DNA from: an uncultured virus (IMG/VR IMGVR_UViG_3300002835_000124)
Taxonomy: Duplodnaviria > Heunggongvirae > Uroviricota > Caudoviricetes
Strand: one strand, 5' to 3'
DNA length: 20,000 nt
Virus record (IMG/VR): IMGVR_UViG_3300002835_000124
Numbering within the stretch: the stretch's first letter is position 1; each line of letters begins with the position of its first letter. The notes under the pieces are model-generated. The model was not told the DNA's origin. It was given only the letters and a program-made list of their open reading frames with translations, and ran no database searches. Of the stretch, positions 1 to 9,320 are shown one piece after another. Position numbers and translations under genes: made by a program.

Positions 1-2
1 AT

Positions 3-164
3 TTTAATAGAGTTAATGATGCTTTTGAGCAAAATGAGTGGTTTGAATATAATGAATGGTTTAATAATATAAAAAATAATCAAAAAACTTTATCCGAAAC
101 CTCAATGAATCACGGAGAAATGATAAAGGTTTTAAATGGATACAGAGAGGCTGGTGTACAATAG
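3..164 (+). CDS. 3' end of a CDS entering from the left edge (function unassigned)
   Basis: Open frame from window edge FNRVNDAFEQ...GYREAGVQ to TAG at 162-164. Confidence 0.6.
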   Translation, partial: FNRVNDAFEQNEWFEYNEWFNNIKNNQKTLSETSMNHGEMIKVLNGYREAGVQ

Positions 165-169
165 ATATT

Positions 170-526
170 ATGGAAATAATGTTTCTGGTATTTTTTGCCA
201 CCCTATCCTTTTCCTTTGGGCTATCCTATTGGGCAACGTTTAGTAAACTAAAAAAGTCTAACTTATTATTGGCTGAACTTTTTATAAAAAACAGGGCACT
301 TGAAGAATTAAACTCTCAGGCCAACAGTGGTATTAATATGTCTGACGATACACTACATAAAGAAAATTTTATAAAATTCCTATCTGACTCCAGAGACTGG
401 GCATTTGAATATATTGAAAAGTCACAACAAACTATTAAAGAAGTATCGGAAGAACTTAATAGTAAAGGACTAAAGATATATTCAGAAAAACTTTTAGCCC
501 TGTTACCAGAAAATAATACAAAATGA
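170..526 (+). CDS. hypothetical protein with N-terminal membrane anchor
   Basis: 118 aa; hydrophobic N-terminus IMFLVFFATLSFSFGLSYW; TACAAT 7 nt upstream of ATG; ATGA overlap with next gene. Confidence 0.8.
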   Translation: MEIMFLVFFATLSFSFGLSYWATFSKLKKSNLLLAELFIKNRALEELNSQANSGINMSDDTLHKENFIKFLSDSRDWAFEYIEKSQQTIKEVSEELNSKGLKIYSEKLLALLPENNTK

Positions 527-1239
527 AAATAAAAAACAATGAAGTGGTTTTTATACCAAGCGACAAAGATACAGAAATTTGTATTCCAAGGCCACAACCA
601 AGTAAAAAATATGTACCAGACTGGTTTAAATCTATGCCGATTGAAGTAAAAAAGATTGATGGTTCAGGTATTGACTATACTGCAAAAAAGTGTATGCCAT
701 TTATAGACTCATTAACTTCTGGATATACTCAAGAACTCGCATGCGATGTTTATGTTGAATGCAACACAGAAGAAGATGATCCAGCAATTAGTTATAGATG
801 GTTTGGAGATTTTAGACCATTATCTACAAGAAGAGAAGATCACAAGTCTTCAAACTCAATGCCACATTTTCCTGGATATTATAAAACAGAGTTTCATTGG
901 AATACTTTTTGGGAACCAAAAACTCCTCCTGGCTATAGCACTTTTTATTTTCATCCAGCAAATAGATTTGATTTACCTTTTATAACACATAATGGAATTA
1001 TTGATACTGACGGTTGGCCAATGACTGGCCCAATACCCTTTGTACTTAAAAAAGGATTTTCTGGCTTAATACCAGCAGGAACTCCTATATATCAAATGTT
1101 ATTTATTAAAAGAGATATTTGGAATTCTGAGCAGGGTAAATATGATGAATTATATAATAAAAAAACATGGTATTCTGTTCGTAGATTTCTAACTGATGGA
1201 TATAAAAAACAAATTTGGTCAAGAAAAGAATACAATTAA
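523..1239 (+). CDS. conserved phage beta-rich protein, DUF6065-like
   Basis: 238 aa; motifs KKCMPFIDSLTSGY, TPPGYS..HP.NRFDLPF...GIIDTD, IPAGTPIYQM recognised by eye; family call tentative. Confidence 0.6.
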   Translation: MKIKNNEVVFIPSDKDTEICIPRPQPSKKYVPDWFKSMPIEVKKIDGSGIDYTAKKCMPFIDSLTSGYTQELACDVYVECNTEEDDPAISYRWFGDFRPLSTRREDHKSSNSMPHFPGYYKTEFHWNTFWEPKTPPGYSTFYFHPANRFDLPFITHNGIIDTDGWPMTGPIPFVLKKGFSGLIPAGTPIYQMLFIKRDIWNSEQGKYDELYNKKTWYSVRRFLTDGYKKQIWSRKEYN

Positions 1240-1397
1240 TGAAAGAAATTTTATTATCAACACTAACAGGTTTTGGATGCGGTGTCGTGTTCGCAGCATT
1301 CAAATTGCCAGTACCAGCACCACCAGTTTTTGCGGGAGTCGCAGGAATAATTGGTTTATGGATTGGCTTTACAACACTAACACAAATTATATCCTAG
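1239..1397 (+). CDS. DUF1427 / XapX-domain small membrane protein
   Basis: Start coupled by TAATG; MKEILLSTLTGFGCGVVFAAFKLPVPAPPVFAGVAGIIGLWIG matches the LPxPAPP two-helix XapX pattern. Confidence 0.8.
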   Translation: MKEILLSTLTGFGCGVVFAAFKLPVPAPPVFAGVAGIIGLWIGFTTLTQIIS

Positions 1398-1405
1398 GAG
1401 GAATA

Positions 1406-1690
1406 ATGAATAACTTACTAAACGATAAAACAAAGGCAATGCTAGCATCATATGGACGATCCGTTCTTGGTGCGGGAATTGCATTATATATGGCTGGCGT
1501 AACAGATCCAAAAGATCTATGGGCTGCACTAGTTGCTGCTCTAGCGCCCGTTGCATTGAGAGCGCTTAATCCCAATGATAAGGCGTTTGGCGTACTGCCA
1601 GACACTGGCGCTGTTTCAGATGCACTTAGCAAGATTGTACCTGCTAAGAAGGCTCCAGCAAAAAAGAAGGCTGCTGCTAAAAAGAAGTAG
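1406..1690 (+). CDS. holin-like membrane protein with Lys/Ala-rich C-terminal tail
   Basis: AGGAGG RBS at 1396-1401; 94 aa; two hydrophobic segments followed by RALNPNDKAFG; tail PAKKAPAKKKAAAKKK. Confidence 0.6.
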   Translation: MNNLLNDKTKAMLASYGRSVLGAGIALYMAGVTDPKDLWAALVAALAPVALRALNPNDKAFGVLPDTGAVSDALSKIVPAKKAPAKKKAAAKKK

Positions 1691-1701
1691 TTTGTTTTGA
1701 T

Positions 1702-1740
1702 AGAGGGGGCAAATTTAAAACTTGCCCTCTTTATTTTTTT
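1702..1740 (+). terminator. putative intrinsic terminator
   Basis: AGAGGGGGCAA...TTGCCCTCT stem followed by TTATTTTTTT. Confidence 0.6.
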
Positions 1741-1754
1741 ATAATGGGGAGAAT

Positions 1755-2447
1755 ATGGACTTTGTATATATTTGCAAAGAAGGCGTTAACGAAGAATTAA
1801 AGTATTCTATTAGATCTGTCGTTGAAAGTTTTCCAGACTCAAATATATGGGTTGTTGGTGGTAAGCCTGACTGGTACGTAGGAAACTATATTGAAGTGCA
1901 TCAGATACATACTAAATATAAAAATGCTGTAGAAAATTTAAAAATGATTTGCTCTTCACCACAAATATCTAATAAATTTGTTTTAATGAATGATGACTTC
2001 TATATTATTAAAAAAATAAATAATATAGGCACTTTTCATGGCGGGTATCTATTAAATAAAATAAACTTATATCAAAAACTAAATGGTAATTCTAACTATA
2101 CTAGAAAACTTAATGCCACATATAAAAGATTAAAAGCCATTGGAATTGATGATCCATTAGACTATGAACTACACGTACCTATGGTTATGGAAAAGCAAAA
2201 ATTACAAGAAGTATTAGATAAAAATGACCAGTTTTTATGGAGATCCATGTATGGAAATATATTTAAGGTAGGTGGATCAGAAATGCAGGATGTTAAGGTT
2301 TATACTAGCGGTCCACTAGTTTTTAAATCTTATAATTTAAACATAGATAATCATACATATTTGTCTAGCGCAGATAGTTCTTTTAATATTATTTGGAATA
2401 ACATACTTAAGGTTCAGTTTAAACAAAAAACTAAATTTGAGAAATAA
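1755..2447 (+). CDS. Stealth-like sugar-phosphate transferase / GT-A-related protein
   Basis: GGAG RBS; EELKYSIRS and FVLMNDDFY resemble Stealth CR2 signatures; also YELHVP. Confidence 0.6.
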   Translation: MDFVYICKEGVNEELKYSIRSVVESFPDSNIWVVGGKPDWYVGNYIEVHQIHTKYKNAVENLKMICSSPQISNKFVLMNDDFYIIKKINNIGTFHGGYLLNKINLYQKLNGNSNYTRKLNATYKRLKAIGIDDPLDYELHVPMVMEKQKLQEVLDKNDQFLWRSMYGNIFKVGGSEMQDVKVYTSGPLVFKSYNLNIDNHTYLSSADSSFNIIWNNILKVQFKQKTKFEK

Positions 2448-3468
2448 GTTCTAGGTATTTATTTTTTAAAATACTTGGAGAAAAATTATTGATTCCAATG
2501 TTATACGCTTGTTCTTTGTATGGTGTTTTATTTTTAATATCAATATAGTCATCAATTGTTTTTGCCAAAGCCTTTGGATCCGCCTCAAACAATTCAAGTC
2601 TAATTTTAGTTCTAATTGTTCCTATTGAATCACTTTTTACTAACCACTCTAAAGGTAAAATAAAATTATTTGGGGATATATCTGTCATAAAAACTGGCAG
2701 GGCACTCATAAGAGCCTCATTCATAGGTAAACAAAGACCAGCATAACGTCTAGGAAGTACCATAGCATCAAATCCATCATACATGCTTTCCCTATTGTCT
2801 GGATTACCAATTTCAACTTTAAGCCTAGAATCTTTAATGTTTGTTTCTATTTCGCTTTGGCTTCTAATTACTAACTCATAATCTGCCTTAGAGTGCTTAA
2901 GCATATCAATAACAGTTTCAGTACCATTTCTATCTTTTGCTGCTTTTTTACCAGCAATATGCAATATTCTATTATGTGATTTAGATAAATTGTTTTCTTT
3001 TATCTTACTAAATAATTTTTCATTTGTTGGTGGTGGAAGATGAATAACCTTTGTTTTACCACCAAACATTTTTTTAATGTGTTCAATTTGCCATATACTT
3101 GGAGATAAAAGTACTGTTGGAAGTGGTAGGTTGGGGTTTGATAAATGTCCAAATAATTCGTAATTATATTGAAGAATCGTTTTAACATTATACTTATTTG
3201 CATACCTTATAAAGTTTTGGTCATAAAATGTTTCACAACTTAACACAACATCTATATCTTTTAAAAATAATTTTATATGTTGTAATGATGGAAACCCACT
3301 GCTCTTAATACAACTATAATTTTCGTACCAATCTGGATGTTGTATATTTTTATTAAAGGGTGTTGAATCAATTAAAAGAATTTTATCTGGATTAAGCATA
3401 TTTACTAATTCTCTAGTTTGATTACCAAGACCAGTATTATCAGACCGTGCAATAATTCCTAATCTCAT
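2431..3468 (-). CDS. GT-B glycosyltransferase (GT4-like)
   Basis: 345 aa; TGLG N-terminal loop; DAMVLPRRYAGLCLPMNEALMSALPVFMTD resembles the GT4 donor-binding segment. Confidence 0.8.
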   Translation of the reverse strand: MRLGIIARSDNTGLGNQTRELVNMLNPDKILLIDSTPFNKNIQHPDWYENYSCIKSSGFPSLQHIKLFLKDIDVVLSCETFYDQNFIRYANKYNVKTILQYNYELFGHLSNPNLPLPTVLLSPSIWQIEHIKKMFGGKTKVIHLPPPTNEKLFSKIKENNLSKSHNRILHIAGKKAAKDRNGTETVIDMLKHSKADYELVIRSQSEIETNIKDSRLKVEIGNPDNRESMYDGFDAMVLPRRYAGLCLPMNEALMSALPVFMTDISPNNFILPLEWLVKSDSIGTIRTKIRLELFEADPKALAKTIDDYIDIKNKTPYKEQAYNIGINNFSPSILKNKYLELISQI

Positions 3469-4226
3469 TCTTTATATCCCCAAGTTTCATCATCTACTGT
3501 AAATTTGCGGGTACCCTGACGACCATCTAAATGATAAGAACGTTTAATACTACCTTCAGGATGATAGATCCAAAGTTTGTGTATTTCCCAGCCCTCTTGA
3601 CTAAATACATCGTATGGAGCAATATCATCTTGAATTGCCCCATGAAATGTATCTTCTATAAAAAATTTATCCTTGCATCTTGGAAGAACAATATCTTTAT
3701 AATATTTTTTTCTACTTAGGTGTGGTCTCTGACTCCATTGCATAGTTTTCATAAATCCATCTTCTAAACCAAACATAAGGTGTTCATGCTCTTTTGGTAT
3801 TTTTGATTCAAAATGAAAACGAATGGTATTTGCTTTATTATACTCAAACATATCCAAGCATTTATCCCAGTCTATTGCCACATCTGGGGTCAATGGGGCA
3901 TCTCCTTCAATGTAAAGCAATAGCGGTGTTTTAATTTCATTAATTGTTTGACGCATCATGTTAGTTTGATGGCTATGCTCTTTAAATATAAAAGGCAATA
4001 TGTTGTTATCCTCATGCAAGCATTTCCATAAAATACGATTTTTATATTCATCGTAATCTTTTTTACGGTTTTGTTGCTCCTCCCTGAGACCATCTATTTG
4101 CATAATAATTTCGTTGTCTGGAAAGTGCACACGAATATCGCTAATTGTTTGCTCTATCATCTTTGTGCTTGGGTGATCTGGAATTATGGAGGTAGCCATG
4201 ACAATTGTTATATCTCTTTTATGCAT
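3465..4226 (-). CDS. putative GT-A glycosyltransferase
   Basis: 253 aa; ITIVMATS start, LLYIEGD (DxD-like), WSQRPHL, late SYHLDGR; operon context. Confidence 0.6.
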   Translation of the reverse strand: MHKRDITIVMATSIIPDHPSTKMIEQTISDIRVHFPDNEIIMQIDGLREEQQNRKKDYDEYKNRILWKCLHEDNNILPFIFKEHSHQTNMMRQTINEIKTPLLLYIEGDAPLTPDVAIDWDKCLDMFEYNKANTIRFHFESKIPKEHEHLMFGLEDGFMKTMQWSQRPHLSRKKYYKDIVLPRCKDKFFIEDTFHGAIQDDIAPYDVFSQEGWEIHKLWIYHPEGSIKRSYHLDGRQGTRKFTVDDETWGYKE

Positions 4227-5073
4227 TTACTTGCCTCATTAACTCAATAAAAAGATCTCTTTTATATTTAATCCACCAACAAACAACTTGATGCATATCG
4301 GATGTGCAATTATTTAATAATTCAGGTAGCATTTCGGGAAACTGTTGCCAATTTTCAAAAGTTTTTATTGAGTGATTGCCATCAAATAAAAAATTAAAAA
4401 AGTCTGTGTTTTGCATTCTTGGGTCCAACTTATCTCCTATGGGCAAGCAAAGCATTTCAATTGCTTCATAGAATCTAAATGAATCAACAACCATTGCTCC
4501 GCTAGGGCAAGGAACAATCTTTGATAAAAACATTTTGTCATAGTATTGTTTTGGCTTTAATCCTTCTGCAAAACCAGTAGTTGGATTATAAAAAGAGTTT
4601 GGTATCTCAGGCATAACGGTTGCAAGTTCTTGCCTTCTTTGATGAGTTATCTGTCCTGAAAAAAATACATCATACGATTTATCTTGATACTCTGGTAAAT
4701 TATTTGATAAATGTTGAGGAACACCTAATGCTAATTTATTATATTGTGAATGTTTTCTGTGCGGGTATTGAATCCAAATATCAATATTATTATGCTCTAT
4801 CTTATCAACCTTAAAAGTGGCGCTTTCATCTCCAGTAATAAGTAAAACCACCCTACCTATCTTATTTAACTCTTCAGATATTTGATCTTCGTAATCTACA
4901 TTTTGAGGTCCAGGAATCACAACAAAGGCTCTATCTGTTTTAGGCAAAGTTGTTACCCTATCTGGTTTAATATTATTTTTATTAAAAAATTGTTTTAATA
5001 GACCGTAATCCCATTTATCAGCAGCACAGTCTTCTTGCTTAACTGAATAAAGATATGCTTTAAGATCGCTCAT
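4219..5073 (-). CDS. exostosin-like (GT47-type) glycosyltransferase
   Basis: Start MSDLKAY overlapping the FkbM stop; YDVFFSGQ..RR, KIVPCPSG, DSFRFYEAIEMLCLPI resemble the exostosin CPxG / RxxEA pattern. Confidence 0.65.
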   Translation of the reverse strand: MSDLKAYLYSVKQEDCAADKWDYGLLKQFFNKNNIKPDRVTTLPKTDRAFVVIPGPQNVDYEDQISEELNKIGRVVLLITGDESATFKVDKIEHNNIDIWIQYPHRKHSQYNKLALGVPQHLSNNLPEYQDKSYDVFFSGQITHQRRQELATVMPEIPNSFYNPTTGFAEGLKPKQYYDKMFLSKIVPCPSGAMVVDSFRFYEAIEMLCLPIGDKLDPRMQNTDFFNFLFDGNHSIKTFENWQQFPEMLPELLNNCTSDMHQVVCWWIKYKRDLFIELMRQVNA

Positions 5074-5773
5074 AAAATAAGTGTACCTCATGCTGATAGT
5101 CAAGCAAGGTTTCTTTATATCCAAGCCCCCACAACCAAAATCTTAAATCATATAAGTATTCATTCCATTGTTGCATCATAAATTCTGGATGACCAGATAA
5201 CCAGATCTTAGGCTTAAACTCCTTTAAAACGCCTTCTGCGCCCCTTAAAACACGTCCTTCGCTGCCTTCTACGTCTAAAGAAATTGCCGTAGGAGGCTTA
5301 ATCCCATGATCATATACACAGGAATCTATGGTAATTTGACCATAGGTATCTCCTTCAAGGTATAGTTCTTTAAATCCATGTGCTGCTTCAATTTCTAAAT
5401 TTGATTCTGGTGGAAACTCATTATAATAAATACGTGTAAGGTTATTGTTTTTGTCTGAAGCAAATCCAGGAATGCAAACTGTTGGATTTTTTAAATTATT
5501 TGCCTTCCAAATTAATGGATAGTGAGACCAAACCTTTGGATTAGGTTCAAATAAAACAACTTCTGATCCCCACATTTGACATAAGACAGGCATCTCTCCT
5601 TCTTCTGCACCAACATAATATACAACATCTCCAGATGAAATATTTTCTGACATATGCTTTAGCCTTGGTTTTTCCCAACCGTGTGGTTTATACCAATCAG
5701 GTCTGTTGGCACGATGTTCTGGAAGAAAGATTTCAAACTCTCCATTGATTAATGACTTTATCATTTCTGTCAT
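5060..5773 (-). CDS. FkbM-family SAM-dependent methyltransferase
   Basis: VVYYVGAEEG, VLFEPNP, ITIDS, ISLDVEGSEGRVLRGA. Confidence 0.8.
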   Translation of the reverse strand: MTEMIKSLINGEFEIFLPEHRANRPDWYKPHGWEKPRLKHMSENISSGDVVYYVGAEEGEMPVLCQMWGSEVVLFEPNPKVWSHYPLIWKANNLKNPTVCIPGFASDKNNNLTRIYYNEFPPESNLEIEAAHGFKELYLEGDTYGQITIDSCVYDHGIKPPTAISLDVEGSEGRVLRGAEGVLKEFKPKIWLSGHPEFMMQQWNEYLYDLRFWLWGLGYKETLLDYQHEVHLFYERS

Positions 5774-5785
5774 TTTATAAACATC

Positions 5786-6451
5786 CTATTCTTGGTATCT
5801 AACTTTTTTAATAAAACTAACATGGTTCTTATCATCTTCTTTTGGGCAGTATTTAAAATCTACATCTGGTAAGTTAAATGGAGTTGGATAAAGTTCCTCA
5901 ACACTGTGCCCACCTCCAGGATATTGGCCCCACTTATTGTAGAAATATTGATGCAATAGGTTGTCATTTGACCTTACTCCACCTAGTTTAATGCTATGAC
6001 CCATAATAGTATCTGAAACATCAAATAAAATCTTTTCCCATTTAACATTAGGCATTGCTTTTTTAATTCTAATACTATAATCTAAATCATCATATCCATA
6101 TGGTGTAAAGTTTTCATCCCATCCTCCAACAGTATCAATAACATCTTTTTTAAAAGCCATTAAATGCCAACCATAAAGTTGGAAGCCTTCAACAATTTGA
6201 GCATCAGTTTTTTCTAAATGCTCAATGATATCTAAGCCACCCTTATCACCAAACCTTATTGCTGCACTCATAATGATAAACCAATCAGCATTATCTTCGT
6301 AAAATTTTTTGATGCCAAGGTTATGACTAGCCATTATGCCTACATTATTAACTGTATTATCAATCTCTAAAATATTTTCTAATTTGCAATTAGACATAAA
6401 CTCATCACGAAACTCTTGCACACGAAATGGCAGACAGACTACATATTTCAT
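5786..6451 (-). CDS. GT2-family glycosyltransferase
   Basis: ATGA-coupled start MKYVVCLP; NVGIMASHNLG; VGGWDENFTPYGYDDLDYSIR. Confidence 0.8.
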   Translation of the reverse strand: MKYVVCLPFRVQEFRDEFMSNCKLENILEIDNTVNNVGIMASHNLGIKKFYEDNADWFIIMSAAIRFGDKGGLDIIEHLEKTDAQIVEGFQLYGWHLMAFKKDVIDTVGGWDENFTPYGYDDLDYSIRIKKAMPNVKWEKILFDVSDTIMGHSIKLGGVRSNDNLLHQYFYNKWGQYPGGGHSVEELYPTPFNLPDVDFKYCPKEDDKNHVSFIKKVRYQE

Positions 6452-7332
6452 TTCTGCAACCATTTCATTAGTGATACTTTAGGTATCCATCCAGTTAAAT
6501 CTTTAAACTTAGAATTAGATGCAAGAGTTTCTTGCACTTCCCCAATTCTTGACGGGATAAACTTAACATCATTTGAAATCATATTAGCAATATCAAGTAT
6601 AGAGTAGTTACTTCCATACCCAATGTTATATACTTCCCCAAATCCATTTTCAACTTCAGATGCAAGAATGTTTGCCTGTATTACGTCTGATATGTGAGTA
6701 AAATCTCTACGCTGAGATCCATCTCCAACTACTGTCAATGGTTTTGACTCATGGTATTGTTTTAAAAATAGTCCTATTACTGGTGCGTATTGACCTTTTA
6801 ATGGTTGTCTATCTCCATACACATTGAAGTATCTAAGGGATATTGTTTTTAATCCGTAAAGATTATAATAAACTCTTGCAAGGTTTTCACCAAAAACTTT
6901 AGCAGCAGAGTATGGAGTTAGTGGATCAGGGGATTGTGTTTCTTGGTTTGGAAGCAAAGCCTTTTTACCATAAGAAGAAGATGTGCTTGAATAGATTAGC
7001 CTATCAACCTTGTTAACCCTACAAAGTTCAAGAACATTGGCTGTTCCTACTGCGTTTGATTCAATAGATTTTTTTGGATTTAATATTGCTGGCTGTATTC
7101 TTGCATCAGATGCTACGTGAAATACGCAGTCAACATCTTTAAATAGTGGTGCAATTAGGTCATAATCACAAATGTCATGCTTATAATTTTGTGCTTTATC
7201 ATTCCAATAGAACTGCTCATGACATTCTGCAGACTCATCATCAATACAAATAACATCGTGACCAAGACTAATTAACTTATCAACAAGGTTTGATCCAATA
7301 AAACCAGCACCACCTGTAACTAAATATTTCAT
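6448..7332 (-). CDS. NAD-dependent NDP-sugar epimerase/dehydratase (extended SDR, GalE/WbpP-like)
   Basis: VTGGAGFIGS Rossmann motif, YSSTSSSYG, YSAAK catalytic YxxxK, LRYFNVYG, GDGSQRRDF. Confidence 0.95.
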   Translation of the reverse strand: MKYLVTGGAGFIGSNLVDKLISLGHDVICIDDESAECHEQFYWNDKAQNYKHDICDYDLIAPLFKDVDCVFHVASDARIQPAILNPKKSIESNAVGTANVLELCRVNKVDRLIYSSTSSSYGKKALLPNQETQSPDPLTPYSAAKVFGENLARVYYNLYGLKTISLRYFNVYGDRQPLKGQYAPVIGLFLKQYHESKPLTVVGDGSQRRDFTHISDVIQANILASEVENGFGEVYNIGYGSNYSILDIANMISNDVKFIPSRIGEVQETLASNSKFKDLTGWIPKVSLMKWLQK

Positions 7333-8288
7333 TTTATATTTAAAGTTTCTAAAATGCTAGCCCATCTACGAACATATGTGTGCTCTTTCTTTGTTCTCTC
7401 ATGTCCGTTAAGTCTGATTGCTTCTCTTGATACACCGTTTAACAAGTACTTATCTATTTTATTTTTTAGATCTTCAAGGTTGCCGTGTTCATAAAATATA
7501 ATTTCATTTTCATCTTTAAAGTATTCTTCAAGCCCTTTAATGCGAGGGTAAATGGTAAAACCACCACGACCAGTACTCTCAAACAACCTATCACTAGTGT
7601 AGTAAGGGTAGTTAAAATTAATGTTTAAACTATCACCTATTGCTATCTTGCTTCTTGCATAGATACGGTTTAAAGCATCTCCACGTACAGTTCCAGTGTC
7701 ACCGTCTCCACCAACATGTAAAAATCTTTTGCCGTATGTGTTTCTCAAAAAGTCTATTAATTCTGGACGGTATTTATGTTCACGATGATAACCTTTGCTG
7801 CCAACAAAGATAATATCATTCTCAAAATTATGTGGATCGTAATCTTGATGTAGATAACACTCTTTATCATACACACCAGCAGGCAGAAAGTGCCCCCTTA
7901 CCTGTGTATTTTCATTAAACCAATCACACATTAACTTATCTGTAGCAAAGAAGTGACCAATACTTGTGTAGAAGTCATCATTCTTTAAATCTTTTTCACG
8001 TTCAATCCCAAACCACAAATCTAAATGATAGGTCATAGTTGGTATGCCAGCAGCCTCTAATTCTTTTAATACATCTGTCATTGACCTAGACCCTGGTGTT
8101 TGCCATCTATGGGTATGCACCCAGATGAATAAGTCAGATTTCAATGCTTTCATTAATATTTCTGAACTGCCCGCTTTTTTCTCCTGCAATTTTTCAACGG
8201 TATGTCCAAGAGACTCTAGAGACTTAGCATGATGATTCTCACTACTATAAGGCACCTCAAAGTTGCCAAGAAAGACTATATTAGCCAT
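7329..8288 (-). CDS. GT-B glycosyltransferase (CgeB / Glyco_trans_1_2-like)
   Basis: DIIFVGS, IYARSKIAIG, YTSDRLFESTGRGGF, GHERTKKEHTYVRR. Confidence 0.8.
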   Translation of the reverse strand: MANIVFLGNFEVPYSSENHHAKSLESLGHTVEKLQEKKAGSSEILMKALKSDLFIWVHTHRWQTPGSRSMTDVLKELEAAGIPTMTYHLDLWFGIEREKDLKNDDFYTSIGHFFATDKLMCDWFNENTQVRGHFLPAGVYDKECYLHQDYDPHNFENDIIFVGSKGYHREHKYRPELIDFLRNTYGKRFLHVGGDGDTGTVRGDALNRIYARSKIAIGDSLNINFNYPYYTSDRLFESTGRGGFTIYPRIKGLEEYFKDENEIIFYEHGNLEDLKNKIDKYLLNGVSREAIRLNGHERTKKEHTYVRRWASILETLNIK

Positions 8289-8297
8289 AATATTTTT

Positions 8298-8990
8298 TCA
8301 TAATAAATTATTTTTAATTTCTTTTAAAATGCGTTTTTTATTTTTTACCATTAAATAATATTCTTCTAATGATCTATTCTTTACTCTTCTGAATTCTTTG
8401 GAGTTTTCAATTGCATAAAAAAAGTTTTGTATGTTTTCACTTATTTCATATTGTTTAAAAATAATTTTTTCTTTAGTATGAAATTTTATATATTGAAATA
8501 TTTCATTTTCTTCAATTAAAAATTCATCATGCTCTGGTTTTAAATAAAAAGCATATTCTACTTGTCTAAACCACTTGCCAATATCAATAGTCCCAGGAAT
8601 TATAGTACAACGCCTAGTTACATTGTTGTTTTCTAAAAACGGAGAAATACCAGCAGACATTAACAAAGATTTTTCTTCAGTAAAAAAAGAAAATCTTTGT
8701 AAAAAAGAAAATAGTTTGTCTTCACTTGAACGAACAGTAACATTGTTTTTAAAAAACCAATCGTCATAAAGTGGTGATGTCACAGAGCCATCGGGATTTA
8801 TCTTAAAATTATAATTGTATATAGACTTAATCCCAAAAGTATTCTGCATATAATCTTTTACTGCTGGGCACCAAACTAAACCATTTTTTTTATTTTTTGG
8901 ATCTTTTATAAATTCTTTATATATTGATTCGGGCTCCTTAGCCCTTAGCCATGGTTTTTCATTACAGGTCCAATAAACAGTTATAGCCAT
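8298..8990 (-). CDS. conserved phage protein, probable distant paralogue of 523..1239
   Basis: 230 aa; WCPAVKDYMQNTF and IIPGTIDIGKWFR correspond to CMPFIDSLTSGY and GIIDTDGW. Confidence 0.6.
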   Translation of the reverse strand: MAITVYWTCNEKPWLRAKEPESIYKEFIKDPKNKKNGLVWCPAVKDYMQNTFGIKSIYNYNFKINPDGSVTSPLYDDWFFKNNVTVRSSEDKLFSFLQRFSFFTEEKSLLMSAGISPFLENNNVTRRCTIIPGTIDIGKWFRQVEYAFYLKPEHDEFLIEENEIFQYIKFHTKEKIIFKQYEISENIQNFFYAIENSKEFRRVKNRSLEEYYLMVKNKKRILKEIKNNLL

Positions 8991-9205
8991 TATATTCCCT
9001 CATTTTCCCCTCTTGCAATTGCAGCAGATGCTTCAAACGCTTTTTTTGTTCTGCGAGATTTTAAAAATCCCTTTGAATTCCAAAGTGGAATGGTTGCTTC
9101 AATATCTTTTGCTATCTGTTCTCTTATTTCTTTAACAGTAAAAACAACAAAGTTCCATACATCTTCTTTTTGTTTATCGTTAAGTTCTTCAGTCCAGTTA
9201 GTCAT
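8990..9205 (-). CDS. hypothetical protein
   Basis: MTNWTEEL start with GAGGAAG upstream; EIREQIAKDIE...AAIARG. Confidence 0.7.
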   Translation of the reverse strand: MTNWTEELNDKQKEDVWNFVVFTVKEIREQIAKDIEATIPLWNSKGFLKSRRTKKAFEASAAIARGENEGI

Positions 9206-9299
9206 CTTCTTCCTCAAATTCTCTTAAAGCGTTGACATTTTTAAGACAGTTGTAACAGTCTTTATTTATTAGTCTTTCCCCACAATATTCACAGAACAT
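9198..9299 (-). CDS. 33-aa C4 zinc-ribbon microprotein
   Basis: MFCEYCGERLINKDCYNCLKNVNALREFEEEDD; TGn-TATGAT 6 nt upstream of ATG; overlaps next start. Confidence 0.65.
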   Translation of the reverse strand: MFCEYCGERLINKDCYNCLKNVNALREFEEEDD

Positions 9300-9320
9300 A
9301 TGTATATCATATCATGCGTG

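Noticed and set aside
3..164. Tryptophan-halogenase-like C-terminus for the edge ORF
   Set aside because: Only a vague resemblance over 53 aa with no diagnostic motif
1196..1405. Long 164-aa version of the holin-like ORF
   Set aside because: The extension overlaps the DUF1427 gene; AGGAGG supports the start at 1406
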